This document shows positions 1 to 11,116 of a stretch of 64,000 nucleotides of DNA, in pieces (position 1 is the first letter of the stretch; every line of letters begins with the position of its first letter). The notes beneath the pieces were generated by a model. It ran no database searches, was not told the DNA's origin, and saw only the letters and a list, made by a program, of their open reading frames with translations. The stretch lies in assembly GCA_001643675.2 (NCBI GenBank), contig LSRY02000044.1, positions 620,001 through 684,000 on the forward strand, written 5' to 3'. Source of the DNA: Monocercomonoides exilis PA203. Its lineage: Eukaryota; Protista; Preaxostyla. Both the position numbers and the translations under genes were made by a program.

Positions 1-1884
1 TAATCGTGGTTTAATCATTTGTTGTTTGATATAATTAACCTTTGCCTTTTTCATATTGCTTCTGTTTGAATTGACTTTTCTTTCTTTGCTTTTTCTTTTG
101 TTTTTATTTCCTTCTTCAATTTTCTTTTCTTCATCACTTATTCCATTCCCAAATTCATCATCATCATCTTCTTCTTCATCGTCATCGTCATCGTCGTCAT
201 CATCATCAAATATAACTCTTTCTCTTCCAGGTGAATTATCCTTAATCTTAATTGCTTCTTTTCCTCTCCTCAAGTTCCCTCTTTTGTTTCCTTCTTCTTT
301 TATTCCTCTTCCTCTTCCTCTTCCTCTCAACTCCACTCCAACACTTCTGCCTCTTCCTCCTCCTCTTCCTCCTCCTCCCCTTCCTCTCCCTCTTCCTCTT
401 CCCCTTCCCCTTCCTCTCCCTCTTTGCCCTTGTATTTCTTCCGCTCCTTCTCCTTCTCCTTCTCCTTCTCCTTCTTCCTCTTCCTCTTCCACATCCATCA
501 TCAGCATTTTCAATTCTTTCTTCAATTCTTCATCAATATCTTCTTCTTCATCTTCTTCTTCATATTCTTCTTTCCTTCTCCTTAGTTCTTCTTCTTCTCC
601 TCCTTCTTCTAAGTCTTCATCATCCTCATCAAGCAACAAATCTAACAGTTCATCATCATCTTCTTCTCCTTCTACTTCTTCCGTTTCTTCTTCTTCTTCC
701 TCTTTTCTCCATTTCGCTGGCCTTTCAAGCATTTCCTTCAATTTTTTCCCTTTCCCCTTCAAATTTTCTCTTTCATTCTTCTTCTCTTTCTTCACAGCCA
801 ATTTCACCTCTTCCTTTTTCGTTCCTCTTCTCGTCGCAGAAGTCGCTTTGCTCTTCGGCTTTGGTTGTTTCTTCATTTTATTGCTTTCTTTTCTCTGTGT
901 CTGTTTTTTGTTCAACTTTGCTTTTAATTCACTGATCGGCTCTTGCTCTTTAAAACTCTCTTCAGAAGAGTCTAAATTGGACTTTTCTATTTTCATTGAT
1001 GAAGTGATGGGAATGTGTGATGAAGAAGAAGCAGGCAGATCATGGAATAGAACAGGTGATATTGGTGGAGAGGAAAAAGGAGATGGGAAGGAAGGAGATA
1101 AAGAAAGAGAAGGTTCTTGAAGTGATAATGTTGAATCCAGAGGCTGGGGGTGAATGTCTTTTGAAATTAAAGGAGGGCATGAAATGTCTGATGAAATTGC
1201 AGAAGAAGAAGAAGAAGAAGAAGAAGAAGGTGGAATTGAAGAGGAAGTATAAAACAATGAAGAAAGAGAATTCATTAATGAGTTAATAAAATTCGACGGT
1301 TTTGATCGAGAACTTGAAGTGTTAGATAAATCAGAAGGCAACGATGAAGTAGGAGTAGAAGACGAAGAACGAGGATTTGGAGAAGAAGAAAGAGGCAAAG
1401 ATGAAGGTTCTGAAATGGATGTTGAATTGGATTTTTCACTTAGGGAAATGGAATTGATGTGTGATGGAACAGATTGATTCATATTTTTTGATTCACGCTC
1501 CGTTAGATCTCCAGATAAAATGCTTGAAGTGAATTTCACTTGTTTGAAGGCCTTTTCCTTTTCAGGAGGATAATAATCACCATCTTTATCTGTGTTATCT
1601 TCATTTTCAGAAACGTTTGCTGGATCTGAATTCGGTAAATTCACAAAGGAAGAAGAAGATTTTATTCTTTTTTGTTCGTAGGGAGCATTTTCTTCTTCTT
1701 TTACACTGAAATCCCAAAATGACTCCTCATCATCATTCCTGCTCATATTTTCAGGACTTACAGATGAATACATAAACTTATAATCTTGATATCTCTTAGG
1801 AATTGTATGATTACGTCGTGAATTGCGTGTTGCATTCGCCGGCAATGACGTTATGTTTTCATTAACAGCATTATCAGAAATCAT
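1..1884 (-). CDS. Low-complexity protein (Ser/Pro-rich, Lys-rich, acidic, RG-repeat), 3' end runs off the window
   Basis: ATG at 1884 (minus) opens a frame I translated without a stop to position 1: MISDNAVNENITSLP...EEIQGQRGRGRGRGRGRGRGRGGGGRGGGRGR...DDDDDDDDEEEDDDDEF...IKQQMIKPRL. It is absent from the ORF track because it has no stop in the window. Confidence 0.8.
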   Translation of the reverse strand, partial: MISDNAVNENITSLPANATRNSRRNHTIPKRYQDYKFMYSSVSPENMSRNDDEESFWDFSVKEEENAPYEQKRIKSSSSFVNLPNSDPANVSENEDNTDKDGDYYPPEKEKAFKQVKFTSSILSGDLTERESKNMNQSVPSHINSISLSEKSNSTSISEPSSLPLSSSPNPRSSSSTPTSSLPSDLSNTSSSRSKPSNFINSLMNSLSSLFYTSSSIPPSSSSSSSSSAISSDISCPPLISKDIHPQPLDSTLSLQEPSLSLSPSFPSPFSSPPISPVLFHDLPASSSSHIPITSSMKIEKSNLDSSEESFKEQEPISELKAKLNKKQTQRKESNKMKKQPKPKSKATSATRRGTKKEEVKLAVKKEKKNERENLKGKGKKLKEMLERPAKWRKEEEEEETEEVEGEEDDDELLDLLLDEDDEDLEEGGEEEELRRRKEEYEEEDEEEDIDEELKKELKMLMMDVEEEEEEGEGEGEGEGAEEIQGQRGRGRGRGRGRGRGRGGGGRGGGRGRSVGVELRGRGRGRGIKEEGNKRGNLRRGKEAIKIKDNSPGRERVIFDDDDDDDDDDEEEDDDDEFGNGISDEEKKIEEGNKNKRKSKERKVNSNRSNMKKAKVNYIKQQMIKPRL

Positions 1885-2488
1885 GCTTTTTTGCCTCGAT
1901 ATTATTTTTAAAAGTAAGATAAATCGTTGTTTTTTCTTTAAAAATATGGAAGATAAATTAAACAATGATCAAAAAATGCGCTAATGAAACTTGTTATTCA
2001 GAAAAATGAGAAAATTATAAGCTGTTTAAGTGCATGTGGGACAACGATCAAAGTTATTTATCTGAGCTTTTTCTATGGGTTGACTTGCTGTTGAATTTGA
2101 TGTTCTCGCTTGATATCCCCCTTCGATAAAAATAATGACATTCAAATTAAAATTCCTTTGACCATCTTCTCAATCATTTTTTCTTATTTTTGGTTGAAAG
2201 TTTTATTTATCATTCCTGCTTTTAAAAATAGTAAAATGAGTTTTGTTCTCAAACTTAAAATGTGTTGAAGTTAAATGTTGCATAAAGGAAAAGAGGAATC
2301 GTATAAATTAATAAGTGAATTATGAGAATTATAAGCATTTCAAGAGTCTATTTATCTTCAACAAGGAACAGATTAAAAATGTTTTTTATTATTCTTTCCA
2401 TCCCTTTTTAAATTTCTCCTTTTGCATTTCCCTCCAAATCACTTCATCAACGAACCTTAAAAAGGATGTGTCGTTCTTCTCCTATTCT

Positions 2489-4827
2489 CTATTCTGATTT
2501 CTTTTTCTCCTGCATCTCATTAAAAATCTTATATAATTTCAAAAGATCATCTTTCTTTTCCGGCATAACCATAACAATTTCTCCAACAATGGGAGGAAGT
2601 AATTCGTAATCTTCAGAAGAAATATGAAGTTGAGAAAGCTCTTCAAGAAGAGAAGGAGGAACTGACGAAGGACCAGAACTTGTGGTTTCTTTATCTGAAG
2701 AAGAAGAAGAAGAATCAGAAGAAGAAGTTGATGAAGAAGAAGATGATGATTGTTCATCAGAAGCTTGATTCATTCTCGAAATCGCTTCCAACATTTTACT
2801 CTTCAGAAACTGCCTTCTCTTTTGCAGTCTTTCCTCTTCTTCATCATCAGCTTCCTCGTCATCACCTTCTTTTTCTTTTTCTCTCTCTTCCTCATTCACC
2901 ACTCGTTTCCTCTCCTTCCCTCCTCTTCTCCCGTTCTTCCTCTCCCACTCCGCCAACACCCTCAAATAATCTTTTTCTCCATTCACTTTTTCTTTCTCTT
3001 TCTCTTTCTCCTCTTTCTCTTTCTCCTCTTTCTCTTTCTCCTCTATCTCTTTCTCTTCTTCTTCTTCCCCTTCTTCTTCTCCCTCTTTCTGCTTAGAGCT
3101 TTTTCCTTCTTCTTCCTTCTTCTTCTCATATTCCCTTCGAAACTCCATCTCTTCCAACGTCATTGGCTGTGTTGGATCAAGCTGAGCTACCCATCTCTCT
3201 CTCTTCTCTGCTTTCTTCTTCTCTCTCTCTTCTTCTCCTTCTCCTTCCTCTCTTTCCTCTCCTTCCTCTCCTTCTCTTTCTTCCTCTCTCTCTCTCACTC
3301 TCCTCTCAAAGAACTCAATCACAGCCTCCTTCGCACAGCAGCTGCTCCACTCGTGTTTGACTGTGCCTGCAGACACACAGCTGCACCCGTCTCTCGCACC
3401 GATGTACTTCGACAGAGGGAGAGAAGAGCACTTGAAGTGGATAGCATTCGAATAGAGACAGAGAGATGCTGGATCTGAGGGAGAGAGAGAGAGAAAGAGA
3501 AAGAGAAATAGAAAGAGAAAGAAAGAGAGAGAGATAGAGACAGAGGGAAAGAGAAAGAGAACGAACGAAAGATAGAAAGAAAGAAAGAAAAGCATCAATA
3601 GATAATGTTGAAGTAGAAAAACAATGAAAGGAAAAAATATACATTATCAATATGAAAGGAAGCAAAAATGCTCCAATTTTATTTTCAAAAAAATCAAAAT
3701 AACCAATAATCAACAATCTCCAACCATCCCACATTCAACTCTATCAAACCATCCCTCGCTGAGTGCCCATATGCCAGCCCATGCACAGAGTCTGTGAAGG
3801 CCACGGCGCAGATGCTTCTGGCGAGTGTGGCAGAGTCTGAGCGCATCAAATCGACAGTCCGCACACCCCCAGCTGAGTGTGCGACGATCAGGAGGTTGCG
3901 CATCGAGGTAAATCGTGGAATGACAACTTGCCTGTGCACATAGTTCACGCTATTATATGTGGAAAAACGACCCTTTTGCGTTTAGATGAATTTTTGAAAA
4001 TTCATGATAAAGTATACACAAAAAATATAATATAATATAATATAATATAATAATTTTTAAATCATGAAGGCAATCATCAAAAGAAAAAATATGAATTAAA
4101 TACTTTTGCATACTCCAACAAAATCGATAGCATCATTTGGATTAAATACAACGCATCCCCATCCACGCTTTTCGAAATCTTGCAGATATGGAAAGATCGA
4201 CCCTTCGTCTAATGATTCGTTTATGCAAAGTGCGCGAGACCATTGTCCAGGTCTTCAAAAAATAAAGAAAAATTAACAAAAAACATAAAAGGTTTCTCAA
4301 AAAAAATTTCTAGCCTTACAGCCCCTGATCCTTGAATAACATAAACAACTGTGTGATATTTTTCCGGATTTTCTGAAATGAAAACATAGCTTTCTTTCTG
4401 ATCATTAATAAACTTGCGAAGTGACGAACATATGGCAGACCTGATATGGGCGTTCTTTATCAAGAGGAATAATAATCTTTGTAAAGTTATATTTTGTTTC
4501 CATAACTGCTTGAATGTAACTTACAACGAATTCACTAAAGGAGGTAAAATTATTATGTTAAATTAGTCAAAGTTAAACCCCAAATTATCATATTCTTCTT
4601 GATTTGTAAACTTTCATAAAAGAATCAAGCCAGAAATTTAACACAATTTACATTTGTTAAATCCAAACTGAGAATTTTGATCCATCCTTTTTCTTTACTA
4701 ATCTTCCTTTTTCATCAAATCTAAGTGCAAAAATAGAATTTATCTTTTTCAAAAATATTAATGATAACCTATAAACAGGGTGAACAATATTCAATTCTTT
4801 ATTTACAACTCCTTTTGAGCATAGCAT
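2489..4827 (-). CDS. FAM172/Arb2-domain alpha/beta-hydrolase-fold protein with E/K-rich C-terminal tail (8 exons)
   Basis: Manual splicing (introns 4721-4768, 4611-4668, 4535-4578, 4398-4440, 4253-4314, 3973-4113, 3475-3749) gives YRFDEKGRL...EYDNLGEFVVSYI...SYVFISEN...VYVIQGSGAVRPGQWSRALCINESLDEGSIFPY...VVFNPN...LLIVAHSAGG...AVAFTDSVH...CSCVSAGTVKHEWSS. These match the FAM172A motifs HGSGVVRAGQWAR, VLNPN, AHSYGG, LTDSVH and VSAGT.RHE in order. Confidence 0.88.
3479..3590. repeat. (GA)n/(GAAA)n purine microsatellite forming the pyrimidine tract of the last FAM172 intron
   Basis: gagagagaga gagaaagaga aagagaaata... lies inside the predicted intron 3475-3749. Confidence 0.8.
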
Positions 4828-5281
4828 AACAGCAATATATATATTTTTCAGTTACAAACGATGTAATTTAAAATTTTCAGAAGAAAGTTCAAAACCTTTT
4901 TATGGTATTACTGATCAATTATTATTTTAATATTTTAAAAATTATTTTTAATCTTTATAAACTATCTCATAATAAAATATCAATATTAAAATTTCTGTTT
5001 GTTTGTCTTTACATGTTATGAGAACGAATATGCTTTTTATAATTTTTAATAATTCCTTATTGCCTATTTTTCTTTTCTCAAAAATATACACACATCAAAA
5101 ATTGTTCATAATAATGCATTTCGCACCAAATTATGTTTTTGCGTAGGATTTAATTGTATTTTCTCGGGAAAAAATATATATTCGCAATGCAATAAATATT
5201 TTTTGCATCAAAAAAAAGATGTTTTTCAAACAAAATAATGATTTCCCCAATAAACACAAAAAATATTTCTTGATTTCATAT

Positions 5282-5817
5282 GGGGAAATTGCAGACTTTC
5301 AATCATTTTCACTCAAAGTACAAAAAAACTTATTTCACACATATTTTTAAACTTAACCAGATTTCAAAATAAATTTGATTTTCTTATCAGTAAACAAACA
5401 TCACTGATGTGATTACAAAATGTTTTGTGACCTCATACATTTGTTAAAAAAAATGAAACCGGGTGATTATTTTTGAAATCATAACTTTTTTCAGGGTGTT
5501 TCTAATTCCAAAATTTTGTTTCTTGGAAGAGGAATTATTCTTTTGAAAAAAAAAAACATAATAATTTATTTAAAAAAACGATATTCGAGAACATATTTTT
5601 AAAAAAAAAAAAACAATCTTTTGAGCTGCGATAACTTTTCAATATCGATTAATCTGCATTTTCAGAAAAGACTCAGACTAAATATTTTGATTGAAAAATT
5701 TTGAATTCAAAAATAATAACCCACCCATTTATTTCAAATTTTTTTTTGTCACAAAAAGTTCATCAAAGATACAAAATTTATCAATGAAAATGTCAGAAGT
5801 TAAATATTTTGTTTCAA
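5282..5817 (-). mobile_element. MITE family A, diverged copy, interrupted by a family-B insertion
   Basis: Starts GGGGAAATTGCAGACTTTCAA. Segments 5282-5460 and 5723-5817 align colinearly with the A copy at 62106-62373. ATAT on both sides (5278-5281, 5818-5821). Confidence 0.75.
5461..5722 (+). mobile_element. MITE family B (262 bp)
   Basis: TIRs GGGTGATTATTTTTGAAATCA / TGAATTCAAAAATAATAACCC (19/21 complementary). Flanks AACC / ACCC duplicate host sequence. Confidence 0.8.
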
Positions 5818-5821
5818 ATAT

Positions 5822-6350
5822 GGGTGATTCTTTTTGATTTTATTTTTTTTCAATCGAAATGTTGGAATTAACAACTTGTCGCAAATTCTTTGATATCAAT
5901 CAAATGTTTTTCATAAAAACTATAAATGAACTTCTCTATCTTTTAATGATAACGTGCATTTGAAATGCCATTATAAGAAAGGATGTGAAATATTCTTTAA
6001 AAATCCTTTTGAAAATAGCTGCGAATCAGAAAATTATCCATATCCCGAAAAAATATGGGGCATTATATTTTGCTTCAGGCATTTTCATTGAAAAATTATG
6101 TGCTTTTCATTGACTTTTTGAGAACAAAAAATTTGGAAAAAATGGGTTTATTTATTGAAATTCGTGAAATGTTGGAAAACTTCATGTTTTAATTGCAATG
6201 ATGCCTGTTTATGGATATGAAAATCAAATTTATTTTGAAATTTAAGAAAGTGAAATAAAGTTTTGAAAAAATCAATTTTTTTGTGCTTTGTGCAAAAAAA
6301 GCTTGAAAGTCCATATTTTCCCCCATATGTGATTTCAAAAATTATCACCC
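5822..6350 (-). mobile_element. MITE family B copy carrying a nested family-A insertion
   Basis: Termini GGGTGATTCTTTTTGA / TCAAAAATTATCACCC; flanks ATAT / ATTT. About 257 bp remain after removing the A insert and one ATAT. Confidence 0.78.
6057..6324 (+). mobile_element. MITE family A (268 bp), ATAT target-site duplication
   Basis: Termini GGGGCATTATA / TATTTTCCCCC; ATAT at 6053-6056 and 6325-6328. Aligns end to end with 44621-44888. Confidence 0.9.
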
Positions 6351-7013
6351 ATTTATTATTATTTCAATAAAAGCTTTTGACAGAAAATAAAATTTTATCT
6401 TTTTCGAAATTAAAGAAAGATGTTTAAAGAAATGAGTTTTACAAAGTTTTTATATTAATCTCAAAAAAAGATTGAAATCCCATATTTTCCTCTTCATATT
6501 TCCCCAACTATCTCCAACTTCGATCAAATCAAAAACTTGTCATTATTTATTTGTTTCGATCTTGATAAATAACTATTCTAAAAAATGTCACTGTTTTTAT
6601 TTTTATTTCCTTTTTCAGAACACCAGAATAATCTGTTTATTTCCTCAAGAGTGCTTCTTTTTAATAAACAAACTTTCATGTATTGAACATAAACCCTATT
6701 TTCATTGAAAAACCTGAAAACAATCAAAAATTGAATATGCCATATTATCCAACTTTACAAATAATATCTTTAACAGAATTGAAAAATTTTGAATCATCAA
6801 TGCATTTGCTCTAAGTTCACATCCAGAAATGAAATTGATTCATTGTTATTTTCTTTTGAAAATAGCTCTCAAAGAAAGACGCAAGAAAAAAAAAAAAAAG
6901 ATAAAAATAAAATTAACTAGTTTATTAAAGAGCCTAATGAAAACAGACAAAATTATAAAATCATTCTTTAAGTTGAATTAAGCCACATTGGAAGCGAACC
7001 GTTCAGAATCAAA

Positions 7014-10000
7014 TTATCGTTTCCATTTCTTCTTCTTCTTTGCATTAACAAGTTCAATCTCTTCTTGTGACATTTTTAAGATATGAGAGATCACATTAAA
7101 CATCTGGAACTAAAAATTCAATAAATATTATTTAGCAAATGAGATAATCAAATATTCAAAAACAAATACGTTAAATCAAATTTTAAAAATATTCATTTAA
7201 AAGATAATTTTCATAAGCAATCCACAAAAGATTCACAAGGAAGTGGCAAACCTCCATCTCTTCGTCCAAAAGCATTTTCAGAATGAGATTTTTGAGATAC
7301 GTCACATCCACTCCTTCTCTTGACTGAGCCCTTTTCAGCTCTTTGTTCTCTTCATCCAGCGCTGCGTTGTGCGATGCTATGTAATTCAGTGCAGGCAGCA
7401 AAGAAGGATGCTCAATGAAAACGGAGGAGCCAAAAATTGATGACGGGATGTGCAGAGTGGCGATGACAGAAGCCAGTGCAGGTGTGATTGAAGGAGTTGT
7501 CAGCAAAGCAGGAGAAGAAGTGCGGAGTGCAGATGATGAAGACAAAGAAGCAACCATCGATTGCACTGAAGGCGAGGGAGAAAGGGAAGGAGAAGGTGAA
7601 GGGACTGCAGTGTCTGAGGTATGCTGAGATGAAATCACTGAAATGGATGAAGGAGATGTGGCAAGAGATGGAAGAGGAGGTGTGACAGGCGAAGAGAAAG
7701 AGGCTGCCAACGAGGAGGAAGAAGGAGGCTGGACAACAGGCAGCGATGCAAGCGAGAAAGATGGAATGGCGCTTTTAAGTGCAACTGTTGGCTGCCTGGC
7801 TGAATGAGTGTTGATTGGAGTCAGCGTCTTTGGAGTGGCCGACTCCAAATCGGAACGTGAAGGTACTTGATTAAGATTGAAGCCATTCAACGGAGTGGGC
7901 GGCTCTTCAGAAACAGAAACAGAAGAAGAAGAAGAAGAAGAAGAAGAGGCAGCAGGAGAGAAAAGAGGATGCGGTTGAAATGAGGAGCTGGAAGAAGACA
8001 AAGAAGACAAAGAAGACGGCGGAAGCGGAGATGATGTGAAAGAATGTGCCATTGGAGACGAAAGTGCACTGACTGAAGAAGGCAAGCGCTCAGATGAAGC
8101 AGAAGACGGTGCAGGAGACACCTCATTGGCAGTTGAATTAGACACATTTGACACACCTGGCGACTGGATTGACTGCATCGACGGCATCGGCGAGGAAAGC
8201 GAGGAAGGCGAGGCAGTCTTCAGTCTGCTCTGGATGAGCTCTCTTTCAGCGTCTGACAGCCTGTGCTTCAGCTGCGTGATGATGCTGTCCTTCTCCATCA
8301 GCATCGCCAGCGAGCGCGACCGAAGTGTCTTCATCTCGTTTTCGCACTTGCTGCGCTGCTCCTTCTGCGCCTGCTGCATCCCACTCACCCGCGACTCTGC
8401 CTCCTCTGCCGCCTGCTTCAGCACACTCTGCTCTTTCTCCAGCGCTTTCTTCTGCTCCAGCAGCTCTTCAATCAACACAGCACTGTCGTCCACATTCTGC
8501 TGCAGCTTTGCAATTTCAGCTTCTTTCGCTTCGATGCTCTCCTTCAGCTGGCTCATCGTCTCCGCTGCCTCTTTCTGTGCCTCTGCCAATCTCCTGGCAA
8601 GACTCTCGTTTTCAGTCTGAAGAGAATGCAGCAGAGGAGAAGGAGAAGGAGTAGTTGGAATGGACGAGGTAGAAGGAGACAGCTGACTCTCCGATGAAGA
8701 TGAACTGGGTGAAGAAGAAGAAGAAGGCGATGTGTTTGAAGATGAGGGAAGAAAAGAAGAAACAGGGCTGTTACCAGATGATGATTGCGTAGATGAATCA
8801 TCAACATTTGAAACAGCATTTGTGGAATTCAACGAGCTCATGACACTCAAAGAAGAAGAAGAAGAAGAAGAAGGAATTGAGGAAGAATAAGTCGGCAGTT
8901 CGGAGCTGCTGTTTGGAGTGATGTCTTTCACAGTAGACACGGTTCGTATTGCCATCCGCAGCGCTTCTGCTGCCCGCAGCTTGTACGAATCGAATTCGTC
9001 TCTCAACGTCTTCAGCTCTCCTTCTTTTTCTGTGATTTTCAGCGAAAACTCTCTTTTCTCCCGCTCAAATGTCTGTGTGAGGCGCGAAATGGCAGAGGAG
9101 AGGAGGAAAGTGTGGTGCGCATTCAGAGTGGGAGGGAAGGTAGAGAGGAAAGGCAGACGAGACGACAATGTCGAAGGGAGAGACGAATATGACTGCAATT
9201 TGAAGGAAGAAGAGGAAGAAGAGAATGAGGCATTGGTTAACAGATCAGATTCCAGTGACTTGCCATATGGATACTCATCCACAAACACAATCTCTGCCTC
9301 TCTCTTCTTCAGCTCCCGCTGCTTTTCATACGCACTTTCCACATTGCTCACCTTCACTTCATTTGTTTTTGTTGCTTTTTGTGCGGATTGTCCACTTTTA
9401 TTCTCCTTTCCATTTTTCTTGCTTTTATTCGATTTTTTTAAGCTTACTGCTTTGATTTTGCGTTTTGGCAACGAAACTCTTCTTTTTTTGCTCGAAAATT
9501 TTGGTTGTTTTTGATCATTTTGAATCTTTTCTTCGTTTGAATTTTTTGTGTTGGTGCTATCCAATTCAAGATCTTTGTCAGCATTTAGTTCAGTCGGCTT
9601 TTCTATTTCTTCATCCTCTCCTTCTGTTTCGTTTCGGTCTTCTTTTTCTTCATCATCATCATCTTCTTCTTCCTCCTCCTCATCCTCTTCTCCTTCCTCT
9701 TCATCTTCACTCAATGAAGAATCCACACTCTCACTCGATCCATTTTCATCGTCTTCATTCACTCCCAATCCAATGTGTATCTTTTTCTTTCTCTTCTGCA
9801 CCCCATCTTCGTCTTCTTCGTCTTCTTCCTTCGCTTCTGCCTGCAGCTGTGCAAGCTCTTTCGCTTTTATCTCAGCCAACCTTTCCACAACCATCTCTTC
9901 TGGCACCCAAATTCTATAAACATTCATATAACTTGAACTTTGCAGATTATTGTCATCAATTTTGATGTCTTTTCCTGTGCTCTTGTCTTCAAAAACAGAC

Positions 10001-11008
10001 GGAGAAGACGCTGGTGAAACAGATGGAGAAGCACCAAAAACCTGAAAAGACGACGAATATGGAGATAAATGCATGCTGCTTGATTCATCATTTGTGCTGT
10101 TCTTCTTGTCAATTTTTATCTCTACAAAATCCCATATCTGATGAAAAGTCGGAGTACGTTGGACCGCAAACGAAGAGTGGCTGTAGAATTCTCCTGACTG
10201 CAATTGAGATTCTCTATTGATGTTAGAATTAGGACTTAAAGAAGAATAGTTTGATTTGTTTCTGAATTCAATAGGAACTGCAACACGACATAATACATTC
10301 ACAGACAAAGCTTCATTAAGCCAGATTTCTTTCATAATCCGTTCTGGAACTCTCATGCAATTTTCCATTGCCGTAATATCTGATTGTATTTTTCTTGTTC
10401 CATGCTCCATTTCAAACATTCGTTTCTTCAAATTTTCAAGATCACGCCTTAATTTTTCGTTTTCAGCAATTTTCGTTTTGCACTCTTTGTCTTTGCTTTC
10501 AATGATTTTATTTTTTTCTATCAAAGCAGAATGAGCAGTCGATGCAAGCTTTTTTAATCGTGCATTTGTTGCTTTTATTTTTTCTAATTCTTGACTTTTT
10601 GCTTCAATGTCCGCATTCTTCTCATAATTTTCCGTTGAGTCTCTTTCATGCTCTTCATTAATTGAAATTTCTGCGCTCGAAGACTTTTCCACTTGCTCGC
10701 TCTTTGTCGAATAATCAGATGTTGGCGTTTCCTGTCTGCGAAAATATTCATCTTCCGATACTTCCTCTTGCCTTTGCGAATTGGATGAGTTTGGTAAATT
10801 TTCATCATTACTTACATTCGGGACGTCTTCTTCAGGAACTTTACAAAAATATAACATTTTCCAAAAGACAATCGTGAACAAATATAAACAAAATCATCAA
10901 CCAATTAAAAATTTTCTTTCACATTTTTCTCATAAAAATTAGCAAATTTATACCATTGTCTCTTGGTGGTAAGAACATTTCAGCTCCATGAGACTCTGTT
11001 TCACTCAT
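7014..11008 (-). CDS. GRIP-domain golgin (coiled-coil trans-Golgi protein), 3 exons
   Basis: ATG 11008; introns 10839-10953 and 7110-7251 (GT..AG, in phase); long coiled coils. The spliced C-terminus GVDVTYLKNLILKMLLDEEME-FQMFNVISHILKMSQEEIELVN matches the GRIP consensus (YLKN..L.F...V+..+L.+S.EE). Stop TAA at 7014. Confidence 0.85.
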
Positions 11009-11116
11009 CAATGATTTTTATAATATGACATCAGATCACAAGAAAAGAATTAAAAGCCTTTTTTCATAAATTAGCAACAACCTGTTGTTGAGACTTTTGA
11101 AAATTTATGAGAAATA
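11009..11116. promoter_or_regulatory. Probable compact bidirectional promoter
   Basis: Only 108 bp separate the divergent start codons at 11008 (-) and 11117 (+). Confidence 0.5.

Noticed and set aside
56-1120. 354-aa and 227-aa plus-strand ORFs
   Set aside because: Antisense shadows of the minus-strand 1884-to-edge frame; trinucleotide repeats lack stops.
5461-6350. Recurring GGGTGATTATTTTTGAAATC as a CRISPR-like array or promoter motif
   Set aside because: Copies are inverted pairs about 260 bp apart with flanking duplications, which fits TIRs.
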